This document shows, in pieces, positions 27,501 to 42,382 of a stretch of 64,000 nucleotides of DNA. The stretch is from Geosiphon pyriformis uo1 (Eukaryota > Fungi > Glomeromycota), in assembly GCA_016748015.1 (NCBI GenBank), contig JAAOMT010000201.1, forward strand, positions 62,001 through 126,000, in the 5' to 3' direction. The position numbers and the translations under genes were made by a program. The notes beneath the pieces are model-generated. The model did no database searches. It saw only the letters and a list, made by a program, of their open reading frames with translations, and was not told the DNA's origin. How positions within the stretch are numbered: the stretch's first letter is position 1; every line of letters starts with the position of its first letter.

Positions 27501-30065
27501 CAAAAAATTATAAAATTATTTTAATAAAACTATTTTTAAATATTTTATTTTAATTTTACTGTTTTTTTAAAAATTATTTATTATATAGTTCAAAGTAATA
27601 TACTAAATAAATACAGTTATTATATGACAATAAAAACAAACAAAAAAATTAAGGATTAAATAAATAATTAATTCAATTAATATAATCAATTTTATAAAAT
27701 CACAATTATTAATTTTTCAAATTTTTTTGAAAATTAAAAAATAATTTATAATTTTTAATAAAAGATAACATAGCTATTATAATCATATATTTTATTTAGT
27801 GTTTTTAAAATTCAATAATTTTTTATTTATATTTTTTTATTAAAGTTAACAATAATACAATTTTAAAAATTTTTAATTATATAATTATTAAAAAAATAAA
27901 TAACCAAATTAACAATTAAATTAATAATTAAATCAAAAATAATTCTAAATATTAAGTGGTTAAAATTTTATAATATTAATAATTAATATATATTTAAAAT
28001 TATATTATAAGAATTTTTAATTAAAAAGCAAATTAAATAAATAAATAATTTAATTAATATAATTAGTAAAATTATAGCTAATAATTTGTTTAAAAAACAT
28101 CTAAAAGTTGAAAAATAATTTGTAATTTTTAATAAAAAATAATATATTTATTATAATTTTATGTCTTAATTAACATTTGTAAAATTTAATAACAAATATT
28201 AATTGTTTTTCAATAATTATTTTATTCAATAATACTACAAATCAAAAAAAATTGTAATTTTTATTTCAAAATATTGAATTAAAAAAAATAGATTATTAAT
28301 ACTTAAATTGTTAAATACGTTTTATAGCTTTAATAAGTTTTACTTATACAATTTCTAAAAAAAAAGAATCAATTAAGTCAATAATTAAATTAATAACCAA
28401 GTTAATAACTAAGTTAACTATCAAATTATTAATTAGATTAATAATTAAGCTAACAACTAATTTTAAAAATAATGTGTAATTTTAGTAGCTAATACATAAT
28501 TAAAAAAGATTGACCAGTAATAATATTTATTTCAAGTTTTTTAATATATAAATATATTAATAAAAATTTATTTAAAATTATTTTCAAAAATGTTTAAACT
28601 ATTTCAATTATTTGTTAATTTATTTTATAAAAGTATATTTCATAAAATTGTGCTGGTTATTTAAAAAATAAATTAATTTGTTTTTTATTTATTATAGTTT
28701 GGTATTTAAAATATATATATTGAAGTTTACAGTCTAAAATAACTGACTTTTGAACTAATCACCAAACCGAATGAAATAATTTGAAGTATTTTTTTATTAA
28801 AACAAATAATAATTATAATTAAATTTGTATTGAATTTATTTAATAGGTGTTTTTAAGAATTTAATGTATTTAAATTATTTAATTTATTTTTAATTAAGAT
28901 TAAAAAGACCAATTCAGTTTTATAAAAAAATTTTACATTATGTTTTACAATTATTTGAGTTTTAATATATTTTTTGAGATCATTATTTTATATAATTTAA
29001 TTTGTTTTATTGTTTAATACATTAATTTATTCAATTTTTTTGTTTTTAATAAAAAAAAATTCTTATTAATATTTTGAATCCATTTTTCAAATGTAATTTT
29101 TGCTTTATTATTATTTTTATGCAAGTATTGAATAGTGTTTTATTAAGTAAATATAATTTATATTTTCAGCTTTATATCAAATACTATTGTTTTTTATAAT
29201 AACTTGAATAATAGATTTAAAAAAGTTTTCTGATATTTTATGTATTAATTGCTTTTTTTAAGTTTTGGATGTTTGAAAATTTATATAATCAAAAAAAATT
29301 TTAATATTATTTACAAATACTTAAAATTAAAAATTATGCTCAAAATATTTAATCTGCAAAATTTTACTGTTTATAATTCAATGCAATTAAGTTGAATATT
29401 TCATAAAGCCTGAAATAATATATCATTTGAAGAATATGAATTCTTTGGTTAGGTTAAAAGTAAAAAAAAAAGAAAAAAAATTCTTATCTTATATTTCAAT
29501 GTAAAAATTATAATATAATTTATAAAATAGATAAAAAAGTTGCAGAATAGCAAAAGTAGTAAAAAAAATGAGCAATGAAATTATTATTTTTAAAACCAAA
29601 TTTTGTAAGAATATCTAGCTTTATTTTAACAGATTGAAGAATTTATGATAGCTAGCCTTTTTTCATATTTTTAATTAAGGTAAAGTGGAATTTAAGTGTA
29701 AAAACAGCTTAGCAAAGATTCATAATTAATTAGCTAATGGATATATGTTTATATATTCATCTCAAACAAAAAGAATTCATTCAAAAAAAGACCAGACCAC
29801 ATTTTTTTTTACAAGATTTTTTCTATTAAGGGATTAATCAAAATTATTATTTAAAACAAATGACTATTATATGGTATTTTTCAAATGTCACTAGATATTT
29901 GTTTATCTAAATAGACGTGTATGTCTGAAATTAAATTCTAGAAATATGAACAGCGTACAAAAATGTGATTTATGCGAAGGACTTTCTTTGTGATGCAATG
30001 ATAGTCCAACAACATTAAATTCATTCCGAAAAAATCACCAAAATAACTTTAATGCGTTTTCAACA

Positions 30066-30819
30066 ATGGTTGCTCAAATGCTTCCCCAAAATTTGGTCAA
30101 GGCAGATCAAGTGCTTGAAGATCTTTTTACTGCAATCAACAATGGTCTCTGCGAACATGAAATCCCAATTAGTTTTCATTTCTTTATCGAATCCAAGAGA
30201 ATGAATACGGATATTTTATTCGAACATCTCCCTTCCAATGCTCATTCACCGCGAGAAAAATTATTTTTAGCTCTACTCTATTTGTATAGAAATCGAAGTT
30301 CATGGAATTATTTTGAAGATCAGGAAATGGCTTTTGAGCAATTCCAACAAGCGGCATATATGGGAAATTCTTATGGGCAATTTTTTTTGGGAAAATGCCT
30401 CTCTGAAGGAATGGGGGTACCATATGATCCAGAAGAGTCAAATTTTTGGTATTTGAAAGCTGCGCTACAAGGAAATTCAGCTGCCCTGTTTATGCTCGGT
30501 TGGGTGTATGAAGACAGCGTTTATGGTGAGCAATTTTCTTTTGTTGGAATCATATCTCTAAAATATTTTGATATTTTATTCACTTTTTTCATCATCAATG
30601 GAAGAGTTCAATACACCCGATAAATGTAAGGCATTTCGATGCTTTCAGAAATCAGCTCTTGGTGGTCATTGTGAAGCCCAGGGAAGAATTGGGTACTGCT
30701 TTGAAAGGGGATGGGGTACCATAAAGGATAAACATGCTGCCATAAAGTGGTATCGAAAATCTACTGAAAATGCCGAGTCAGATATCACACAAGATTTACA
30801 AAGAATTTACCTGCAATAA
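30066..30819 (+). CDS. Sel1-like repeat (SLR/HCP) protein, two exons: 30066-30525 + 30605-30819, 224 aa
   Basis: SLR motifs AFEQFQQAAYMGNSYGQFFLGKCLSEGMGV, WYLKAALQGNSAALFMLG, FQKSALGGHCEAQGRIGYCFERGWG. A 79-nt GTGAG...AAG intron (30526-30604) joins the two listed ORFs in phase (G+AG = Glu). Confidence 0.88.
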
Positions 30820-33800
30820 GTTATGAGTCTTACTATTTACAAAAATATTTATCTTTACTGATGAAAATCATCATCTTATATGTTTAAGCAAAAGAGTTTT
30901 TGATTGCGAATTTGATATGCCACTTTCAATGGAGGTCTTTTTCAAGAATAATATGAAGTTAAATCTAAAGCGTGAATTTAAGTTTAGACACTAAATTTCT
31001 CAAAGTTCTGTAAATGGATTGAATATGGCTCCAGATTTATAGTATTAGGCTTTGTAATAAGATTTTTAAAAAGCATAATCGTTATTTTCTATGTATTTAA
31101 AATTCCAGTTTTCTAATGAAATTAACAATATCTAAGAATTAAAAATCTCCTAATGGTTTTTTTTTCAAAAACCCGACTAGTTTCTTATTTGCTAATTTGA
31201 AATATTCACTTTTGTACATTTAATAATAAATGAAATACTTTTAAGATAAGCTAAAGCCCAAAAATCTTATTTTAAGATTGCTAACTTGGATTCTATTGCT
31301 ATTTGGTTCGAAAGTATGGGTTGGTGCAAGGTTGGTATGATATATATTACAAATAAAAAAAGTCTTTTAAATAACAGCCGAAAACTAAAAAAAATCAAAC
31401 GCCAATTTACCTATTTTATGAATTCGCACTCCGATACGGGGGGTAACTAGCTGATAGGGCAGTCGTAAAACCATATATTTCAAATGGAATTTTTCCCATT
31501 AAGATTATTGACAAAAACTCTTTGAAAATTCCTAATTTAGCTTTCCAAAAAGGTGTTTTTTTTCCGTGCTTAAACTATCTTTGCTAGTCATAATCATGAA
31601 TGGATATTAAAATAGCAAAATCTTAAATTTTGAGCTTTAAAGACTTGAACAATTAAAAATTTACTTTTTTTTTGTTGGAACAAATGAAGCTCAATTAACA
31701 AAAATTGCACCACAAAGTTCAAATTTTATTGAGAGAAATTTCTATAAACAAAATTATTTCAAAATTCAAAGAACAATTGTGTTTGATTTAATTAATAAAA
31801 ATAACATTATAGTATTTAATAATATTGTTATGAGTCAGAGTAACATACGAATGAATAGCAAAAAAGAAAAATTATTACATGCTAAGAAAACAATTAAAAA
31901 GAAATTTAACTTAAAAGAGCAAATTAAATTTGTAAGAATTTAATATACAATATTAGTTTTATAATATCTCAATTATTATTTTTTCCAAAAGATAACAAAA
32001 AATTTAAAGGTTAAAGAATAATTTACACTGTTAACAAAAGATAATATAACTGTTATAATTTTATGTTTTACATTAATGCTCTTATAATTTAATAAAAAAT
32101 ATTGTTTCTACTTTTTATTAAATATTTATTCAATATGCTTTACAAAAGCTAATAATATAAAAACCAAGAAAAGAAAAAAAAAGAAATAGTGAAAAAAAAT
32201 TTAATCTTATCTGAATAAACTAATTTGAGTGAAGATATATTTTTACAGATTTAAAAAGGTTTGTTTATATATTCTCAAAAAGATATTAAAAATTAAGTCT
32301 GTAATTAAGTCAGTAATTACATCAATAATTTGGTTAATAATTAGATTAATAATCAAGTTAATAACTTAATTAATAACTAAGTCAATAATTAAGTCAATAA
32401 TTCCATCAATAACTGTTTCTAAAAATAAGGTAACTAATATAGATAACATTAGTGGCTAATACATGTGATCAAATATAATTAGATAATTGGTATAACTAAA
32501 AACTAAAAGATTCAACTATAATAATATTAAACAATACAAAACATTATACAAATTAAAAAAAAATTGGTTTTAAACAAATATTTAAACACAAATAAACATT
32601 GTAAATTAGAAAAACAAATAAAAATACTCTTGATATATATATATATACTATAAAAATTGAAATTATAAGTAGTTATAAAATTTAACAATTGTAAATTAAA
32701 ATAAAGTGTAATAAATCTAAAATTTTTAGAATTTTAAAAACTTGGATAATATAAACATATAAATTAACAATAGTTTTTACATAATATATTAAAACAAATC
32801 TCATTATTTATAATAAAAAGATAAAAAAATGAATTAATATAATATAGTTTCAATTAGCTTAGATAGTTGGTTATATATAAAGACCATGTATTATAAAACA
32901 TATATATGTTGTATGTAAATAGAAATATACAATAAAGAATTTAAAAATGGTTATTTGTTTTTTAAATAATACCAAATTTTTTTATAATTGTATTAATTAA
33001 ATAATATAATTATGTTTCAAAAATATAAACATGAAATATTATTTATTAATAAAGAATTTATTAAACAGAAATTCAAAAAATGTTTATAAACAAATTAATT
33101 TAATGTTTTTGCAAGTTTTTAATGATTTATTGTTGTTTTTAATCAAAAACATTAATTTAATTTTTGATTTAGTTGTCGATTTTATTGTTAATGTTTTTCA
33201 AAATTAAAAAAGTATGAGCATTGATGATTAGCTAAAAAATCATAAGATTGATAAAATTTCTTAATTGATACATAAATATTAAACTGACTAGATTTTTCGG
33301 ATATTTGACAAACTTGACACTGTTGAAAATGTAATTTAAGTATAATAATCTTTCAGATTTACATGTTTCTCAAATAATGGTATCAAAATATGATTGAAAG
33401 ATGGTGCTATTGCTCAAATTTTACCAAATTTTTTTGCATAAAATTTTTATTTATATAAAACCAATACCATCATTTAAAATTATAAAGAAAATTTAAATCG
33501 CTTTCTATATTATATGCTAGACAAAATTAATAAAACCAAAATTATTAAACTTGACATTTATCTAGTTGGGGTCATTTGCAATATTTTTGTTTACGTCATG
33601 TGCCAATGAGTAAAAACTTTATTCTAGATTTTAATTAATTTGTCTTAGGGTTTTTGCATCATAATAATATTTGGTCCAACAAAGATATTTAACGAATTAA
33701 GCTTTTTTTTTAAGTTAACTATTTACAACAACAAAATAAGCTTTTATTGAGAACAATATGAATTAATGAATTTTCTGCACTAGGATTAAAAAAGATTTTA

Positions 33801-35867
33801 ATATGAGTCATTCGCTTACATTTGTTACTTCATCCGATAAATATTTAATATTTTTTCAGAAATAAACCTATTTCATCATGTATTGTATATTAAGCAAGAA
33901 TAAACAAAATGATTGATTACGATAAAAAATAGAAAAACGGGTATTTGTCTTTTGTTTGCCAATTTGAACTTTAAATATTTCGCTAAAAACTTTAGCCATT
34001 TATTCAATTTTAGTTTTATAGATCGAAAAATTATTGAGCAAGTTTGCAAAAGAATTGTATTTAATTACATGTATTCATTTTTTTATCGATGATCATTTAT
34101 TGTACATACCTTTCGCAATAGATCATCACGCCAAGATTTTTTCCTCAAGTATCAAAAATTCTATCTTAAATTCTATCATAAAAATATTGAGGTTAGAAAT
34201 AAGATTAACATCTTAACTTTTTTTTGCAAAAGGAGTTGACTGTATTTTAAATTTATATGGTTTTGCATTATATTTTATTGAGTCCAATTAACCCTCAATT
34301 TGATATTCTTTTTCGTGTAAAAAAAGAATCCAAGATATTGTTTTGAAATGCTTTATATGAGAAATCTTAAACAATATTAACATTCGAATGCCCTTTTTAG
34401 CTGTTACCTTAAGTAAAAATACCTCAATTAATATATAATACACAACATCTTATTGGAAAAAATCACAAGACCTCGAATCATTTGGCAAAAGTGGAACTTA
34501 TGGTGCTTAGAAACCGATCTTTAGATATAATTTTTACAATTTTTTTGGAACTTTAATAACTAAATTAAACTACTAGTTAAAATTTTATTCTTAATATATT
34601 TAAGTTTTACAATTTATTCTAATTAAATGATCACTTTGAGCAACAGGTTATAAGTAATCTCTACGATTATACAATAATATTTTGAACGAGTAAATGTCTC
34701 ATGCTAACTGTTTGCTATCTATTGTCTGTATGAGATAAAAAAAGTTGAAAAACCAAACCTTTCTTGGTTTTTCAATTAGACAAACTGATCACTTAAATAC
34801 TTAAATCTTGAAGTTTCCACGATTTGATTGTTAATTTTTTTCCTCTCACGGTTTCCCCTCGTTTCAAGATTCATACGTCACCCTTTTCTGAGCTAGCAAA
34901 GACTTCATCCGAAAATAAAAAAAATCAATCAAGTTCTTAGGTTCCTCAAAAAACAATGGCTCTTTAATATGCATGTCATTTGAGTTAGAATGGCTCGGGA
35001 CTGAAAGTTCCCCTGCATTGCAAATGGTAATCTCGAGTCATATTCGTGAGATCTATCTCCTCATCTTACTGAAATGTTTCAACAAGATTACTATTGTTGG
35101 AAGTTTTAATTCATTTATCTTCTTTTTGTCATTCTGAGAATTTAAGATTTGGAAATTTTCAGGTATTGATTCTAAGATTATCAACCTATGAATTTTTTTC
35201 TATAAACGTCTTGATACACAAAACTTAATTTTAGAAAGCTTCTTTATTCGATCTTGGCCTTTTTATATGTATTAAAAGAAAATCAAAGGCATGCTATCTA
35301 ACTAAAATAATAATAATAATTCTTTTTTCTTCTTAAAAGTAAACACAATAAGATTCATGTTGTATTATTGATCTTACTTAGCTTAAAATAAATCGTATGG
35401 TTTTCTGCAAATGATTTTCGAAATCATGCTTAATTTTTAGATTTTCTTATTATTCTCATATTTTCAATATATTTGAAGAACATATATTGAATTTATTTAA
35501 TTTTATAATCTATTTGAAAGAAAAGATTTCTAACGTAACTTTGTTTTAAATGTCAAAATTTCAGACTACTTGAGAAAATGAATATGATTCTGAAAAAATC
35601 ATTTGACATGAAATTGATTTGCTATACAAATGTAAAGAATGCAAGTGCAAGAAATGATACAATGATGATGTATGCTAAAGAAATGAAAATTTTCAAAAAT
35701 GCTTTTGTTAGTAATAGAAAAGAAAAATGTCTTTTTATAAAATTTTTTGGAAATTAAAGGATTTGCTAAATTAATATGAAGAGAAAAATATGTTTCGGGT
35801 GAGCGAAAATTATATTTATTTATGGAAATAATGTTTAAAATAATGTAGTAATTCCAAAATTACTCGA

Positions 35868-36248
35868 TTAAGAAATCCTCAAGATTTTCTTAAAAGACTT
35901 TAAAGGGTTTTTTTGTTTTTTACTCGCTGAAGATTTTTCATCCTCATTCTTATTTTTCCCATCATCATCGGAAGACGATGATAAAGCCTCGTCTGAAGAA
36001 GAAGCTATCGAGTTTGCAGCCATTTTACGCATTTTGTTTTGTTCTCGAAGTTGTTTCAGCTTCTCACCGAAATCCTCATCATCTGATGGTTCGTCATTTC
36101 CCAAATATCTGGGAGCGCGAATATCAAATAATTCTTCTATATGATTGAAATACCCAGGATCGCTTTCGGGTTTGGCAACGAGAGTTTCTTGGCTGGAACG
36201 TTTTGAAATATGTTTATAGACGTGGCTTTTGATGTTTGAGGATGGCAT
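35868..36248 (-). CDS. Hypothetical 126-aa charged, Ser/Asp-rich protein
   Basis: ATG-initiated ORF with GC above background, protein-like composition, (CTA)n 5' UTR and a TATATA element about 200 nt upstream. No domain recognised. Confidence 0.7.
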   Translation of the reverse strand: MPSSNIKSHVYKHISKRSSQETLVAKPESDPGYFNHIEELFDIRAPRYLGNDEPSDDEDFGEKLKQLREQNKMRKMAANSIASSSDEALSSSSDDDGKNKNEDEKSSASKKQKNPLKSFKKILRIS

Positions 36249-39200
36249 CTTTGGAAATGGTGGTGGTAATAGTAGTAGTAGTAGTAGTAGGGAAAAAGTA
36301 ATTGATGCTGTTCAAGATAGGTATTATTAAAAAAAAGATGGAGAGTTTATATTGACAGTCTTGCTGTAGTATAAAGTATAAAGCTTTCTTATTGCTCGCA
36401 AATCAAATGGAACTTGAAAAAATCAAAAAAAAACCCCCGTGGCTATATGTATATATATATCTGTTTGGTGTTTATTGTTAATACTAAAAATCTGCAATAT
36501 GTTTAATTGATCAACCATAAAATAAAATTTCCTTTTGTAACTTATCAATCCTTAAAAGGAAAACAGGAGTGACAAAGCCGTCATACAAGCTAACTGTCAG
36601 ATAATACTTTTTGAAGTTTTATTGGTCCCATAATTCAAAGTTAAGTGGTTGAACTGCATATTTTACAGTTCAAATATCAAAGAGCTAAGAATTAAGAGTT
36701 TTTTATTCTTTGTAAACAGATAATAGATTCAGATCGAATTTAATTTCTTTTAACAACAAAGTGGCACCATTTCTTTATTCCACTAAGTGATAAACAAAGG
36801 ATATTTTTCTCCTAGGTAACAAATGTGTAGCTTTCTTTTAAATATGCTTAATTAAGGATTTCTCAAAAATTATGTGAATACTATTATGATCCTCGGTATC
36901 AAAGCCATTTTTTTACCATGAAACTGATTTGTACTTTAACCTTAATTTTTTCGAAAAAAAGAGAATCCGAGAACTTGGGTCAAGTTCTATTGCATTTTAA
37001 GGATATTGAGAATTAGTTTATTACTATAATCTTATTGTGAAACTCCACGTAGCCTGAAATAAAAAAGCATGTAAATATTTCGTAGGAGAGAGAATAAAAA
37101 TTTTAGATATTGTCTTAAAATTTCTAATTATAATAATAATAATAATAATTTGTCACGTTGACAAAAAGTTATACGGCTAAAACAAAAACATCTTAAGATA
37201 ACTTTGCATATTATAAAAATCGAGATTGAATCTCCTGCCTAAGTTCGTCGACCTTGTTCATAGCCTTTTATAATTTGATCTTGCTATCTTTGGTTTGTTA
37301 AAGAATTTTGAATTATAAAGTAAAAAAAAGTCTTGTTATAGCTATTGGGAATAGTTTGAAGCTATTCAGCTTTAGTGCATTTTTATTTACTTTTGGATTT
37401 TCATGAAGTTCTACATTTCCTAAAAATGTAAATATTGACAAAATTTTATGTAAACCTTTTGGACTTTTCAAGAATTTTATTTTCACCCAGCCTGAAAATG
37501 AAATTTTCACTACGCTCGTTTCATTTCATCCCATAAAGGCTTTGATGATAATATTAGTTTGTTTGTTCATCTTACACTGTACATACATAGAAAAGAAAAG
37601 TTTGTCATTCTAGAAAGGAATATTTGATTCTGAAAATTTGATATTGGTTCCGTTATAGCTTTGCTCGTACAATATCTTAAAAAATATTGCATATCTCGAC
37701 AAAGCAGTTTTTCATCCCGATTGAATAAGAACCTGATTGTATAGTTATCATATGATTTAAATGGGAGAGAGTTAAACTATGCGACATAAAGAAGATCACT
37801 TTGCTTCAAAAGAGCTTATAGCTAGATAATTAAGGAAATCTCGAGGAACCCAAAAGTTTCAAATAATCAAACTTCTTCCCAGGATTCGGCTTAAAGTGAT
37901 TAAGCAATAAACCAGTATGAAGTATGACAAAATGAAAGTCAAATCACAACAGATCATGTTTCACGACAATCAAATACTCTACATGTATATTAAAAAAGTC
38001 TTGTTAGTTCAAACTTTTTAATTTCACAAAGACCAAGTAACTCAAATTTCTGATATCTGTTTTTGATTTCAACAATGAAAAATAATTTAAAATTTTATAA
38101 TAAATATAATTATTTCTACAATCCTGTTACCTATTTAAAGATAAAATTTGCAAACTGAAATTAATACGGACTTAAACTGGGTTTTTATTTAAATATACCC
38201 CTTTTTCTCAGATAGCGATCATCACATACAATTAAAGAAACACCCTTGTGTAAATATTTTAAATTCTTTTAATTGAAGTACAAATGAAACGACGCTCTAG
38301 AAGTATTTGAAAATTTAATCGTTAATAATTTTGTTAAGGGATTTGATTGAAAATTTATTGGGTTCCAAAATAAGTGTCAATTTTTTCCTAAACACTTTCT
38401 ATAAATCGTATTAAAAACCTTTATAAGCCAAAACAAAAAGCATCCCGTTATTATCTTTTGGTCAAACGAAAAAATATCATATTATGCGTAATTTTTTGAA
38501 TCTATCTTATTTGAAAATATTTAATTCCTTTTTTATTAACATAATAATTTTTCAATTTAGATTTTTTTTTTACCATTGACATAATATCTTGATAAATTAA
38601 TAACTTTTTATGTTGTTTTTTATTTTCTATTGTGAGAACATTAAATTGTATTTACTTCTTTTTCTAATAATTTGAAACATATTAAAAATAATTATTGTTC
38701 TTATCAATAGCTTGGTTTTTTGTTTTCATTCCCAAGAATCCATATATATATATATATATATATGTATGCATTAAATATAGTTTTAAATTAAAATTTTTAT
38801 TTAAAGATTCAAGTGTATTATGAATAAAAAGCCAAATATTGCATATGTTAGGTAAAAAATGAAACATCACCTGGTATCAAAAATATTTAGCAATTACAGA
38901 GTCCTACACACACATAGAGCTCTAAATAACAATCCTAACACACTCTTTAGAATGAAATGTCCCTATTGAATTTTTCTCAAGTTATAATAATATGAACCTA
39001 AGCCTCCTACATGCATTGTCATTAAAAACTTTTTATTATGACAGTTTAAAAGAAAAAATAAATAGTTTATAAAGAACGTGTTCTATTTATTGAAGGTTTT
39101 AAACTTTTGCAATATAATAATGCCAATTGATAATTATAAGATGAATATTATCTCTTCCAAAAACTTTATGTTCTTTAAAGCAAGTTTTTTGATTTGCTTC

Positions 39201-42188
39201 CTTTAATTATTAATAACTTTTGCACAGACAGTATCTAAAATGATCGTAATTTTTAATGCAAAAAAATTTACAACTTTGGAAAATAATGTGATCTGTTGAG
39301 AATGAGATTTATTACTTGTTATGGAGATATTCTCCAAAAAGACCTTTTCTCGCATCTTCACTGTTAAACTTTTACCATGTAACTTAAAGCTTTGAACAAT
39401 AATTTCTAGCTTTTTGAATGTGTGTTTTGCTTGAAACTAATGAACTTCATGAATATTATATCCTATTAGTTTGAAAATCCTATCTCCATGTGAAACAAAC
39501 TTATGTAGATGTGAAGATAAAAATTCATAATAACTAATCGTAATTACGATCACTGAACAAATCCAAAACCCTTTGAGCATTGTCAATAAACCGTATTGCA
39601 CAAACTTTTACTGTGACATAAACCATGTTGATCAAGTTATAATGCAACATGGTAACGATAATATTTCACCGCAACGAATGCATAGGAATGCATAGAAAAA
39701 CAAGGACCTTTATTTATTGAGCATATTTTAATTTTTACAAAAACCAAAAACTCAAAGTCTTTCATGATTCGTCATTCGTCATTTTTGAACTTAAAAATTC
39801 AAAATTGTAATGATCACATCTTGAAGCAAATTTAAATTGAATAAAATATATTTTAGAAACGTCGAAGCTGTTTGTAATAATTTTTAAATCTTCTTTTTGG
39901 AATTTGAAACAAAGAATTTATTTTTTTTACAGCAGAGAATTCTTTTTTGCTTACCTGTTGAACCTTTTTGGTAATAAATAAATCATACTAATGCAAGATT
40001 TCGATAGTTAAAGATAAATGATATTAATCGTATTTGAAATTTCATAAAAGGAAATTCTTATATTTCCATGGTTGAGGTTCATTGTCAGCGAGGCAATTTT
40101 TTTGGAACCAAGCAAAAAACGGTTAAAATCTTAAATTTCGATGCAGCAATAATTGGTTGAAAATTTGTAAGCGGGTTAAAGGATACTTTACTTGTGCTCC
40201 CATGAAAGATTTGAAATTTCGTATGACGTTGTTGGCCTCGATTGCTCGTCAGACTAAAAGCTTTTTTGATTCAATATCCTTAATAACTGCTTAAAGTCAA
40301 AATTGGTGTTCAATTACAGTTTTGATTCGTTGTTCTCCAATCAAATAATGATGACAACGACCTTTTTTCTTGTTTTCAAAAACTGCGTACTTGAAATAAA
40401 CAAAAACCACCAATGATCGACTACTTTTTTGTCCAACCCGTGCGCATTATATTCAAAAAGCAATTAATCAAACTAATTTTTGATGCAAAATGGGTTCTAG
40501 ATTAGAGTATGAGAAAGACGTCATTAAATTTTGACTAACTTGGTGAAAATGATTCTTTAAAGAAATTCGAATTTTTGACACTCAATTTGAGAGTAAAGAA
40601 TTTAAATATACAGTATTGAACCCAATATATATTTTGGAGATTTTGTAAACTATCGCAATAAATATAGATGCATATACCATTATTCAGGATTTGATTAGTT
40701 GATAATGCAATATATCAAGTAAATTCATCTTTGCTAATACTGTCAAAGAACTCGGTCAATATACCCGAGCAATAGATGCGCTCTTGAAATCATTTCAAAC
40801 TCAATAAAGCCAAATCTTTGTAATACACCAAGATACTGTCATGCAATTTTTGTAATCCTAATATAGTTATATGCTAGGTGATCAAGCTCCTATAAATTTT
40901 TCGATTTTGTAGAAGTGGCAAATAAAACCTTTGTTTGTCTTGATTATTTAAATAAGACTAGATTATAAATAAGTTTAAGAGATCAAAGATGAGTATTAAA
41001 TTATAATTAGCTACATAAACAATGACGTTCTTTCAAAAAAGTTATAAACATAAAAATGTTCGACATTCATCTTTGAACCAGAGTTTTTTTTGGGTGACAA
41101 AACCCAAAGAAAATGCCATAACGTTTGTGAATCTCGATTTTAAATTTTAAATTTTAAATTTATTTCACACTATTATGAACGCCGAAACTTTAGCTGTTAT
41201 TCCGTTCAATAAAACCTTTTGCTTAAGGTCGATTGTAAACCTTAATAAATATCATATTGTTACATTTTACAATTTTCCCAAGAGCCAAATATCTTCAAAG
41301 CATCTCAGCCATCATCCTACACGGACAAATTAAATCACACTTCATAGTATTTTTTCGCAATAATTTTTGACCAAATACTGAATCGAGCGTGTTTTTAATA
41401 TCTGATCGGTTTACCTACTTATACTAAAGAAGTCTTTTGGCTATCATTTTTTCATTATTTTTATATCAGTTGATGAGAAGGTTTAATAGTCAAATCTTTC
41501 TTTATATTTGCATTCTCAAATAAAAATCATTCAAAGTCCATCTGCTTAATTCTTAAGTTCATTTTTAAATTTTAAGAGTATTCTCAAATTCGATTTCTTT
41601 TGGTACGACCTATTTTTGTCACCTTTCTATAATAAATGGTAATCTTGCTTGGTTTCCAAAATTTGCTTTTCGATACCATTTTAACAAGGGCATTACGTGT
41701 TCATAGTGGATATAGTTTCATCATATAACACTGATCCAAATGTCACAACTGTGAATATAACGTATTTTTTTAAATGTGATACCCATAGACATTTTTTTAT
41801 TATGTTTCGTTGGAACTTTAATTATATTGACTAAATAAAAAGATTCCAATTTGAACCATGAGAAAAATATTGTAAAAATTATTAATGTTTGATATATTGA
41901 AAATTTTAATAATGAACAAATAACAAACTGCTCAGCTGAAATTTTATTCAATTAAATAACTCCACCTTGTCGAAATTGGTTCTTTTAAGATTATAAGAAA
42001 AATGTATAAGATTAAATACAAATGTTTTAAAGCATAGCCTTGGAATTAAGCAAGCAAATTGTCGTAGAGAACTACGATTTTGAAATGGATCTAAAAATAT
42101 ACCTCTATAAGTAACTATCTACATACGCAGATCCTGATGATGAGGCTTAATGCCGTTACCTCCACCCCCCACTTTAGTATAAGTAAAC

Positions 42189-42355
42189 GAGGGGCGATCG
42201 CGGCGAACCACGAAACACCCCAGCACACAAAAATTATCCTGTCGAGACATCCCGTAAGACGTTCGAAGTAGCAGCCGCCAGCGCTGTGCAATGTTAGCAA
42301 CCGCCACTTGCCCAACCACCTTCTTGATCGCAGGCGGACCCAGGCAGGTAAGTAT
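42189..42355 (-). ncRNA. U1: U1 spliceosomal snRNA (~167 nt)
   Basis: The reverse complement starts ATACTTACCTG (5' splice-site pairing end). It carries loop I GATCAAGAAG (U1-70K site), loop II CATTGCAC (U1A site), Sm site AATTTTTG and terminal stem-loop IV GGGGTG...TTCG...CGCCCC. Confidence 0.96.
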
Positions 42356-42382
42356 GAAGAAATCCAGGGGTAATGGGGACTC

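Noticed and set aside
40725-40806. Short TPR-like peptide LGQYTRAIDALLKS
   Set aside because: About 30 codons between stops with no supporting exons.
42135-42165. CTGATGA followed by the hairpin GGC-TTAAT-GCC, resembling a hammerhead core or a snoRNA box C
   Set aside because: GTTA replaces the required GAAA, no stems I/III or cleavage triplet are present, and there is no box D partner.
42115-42319. Two 66-aa minus-strand ORFs
   Set aside because: They overlap the U1 snRNA and are open only because of its high GC.
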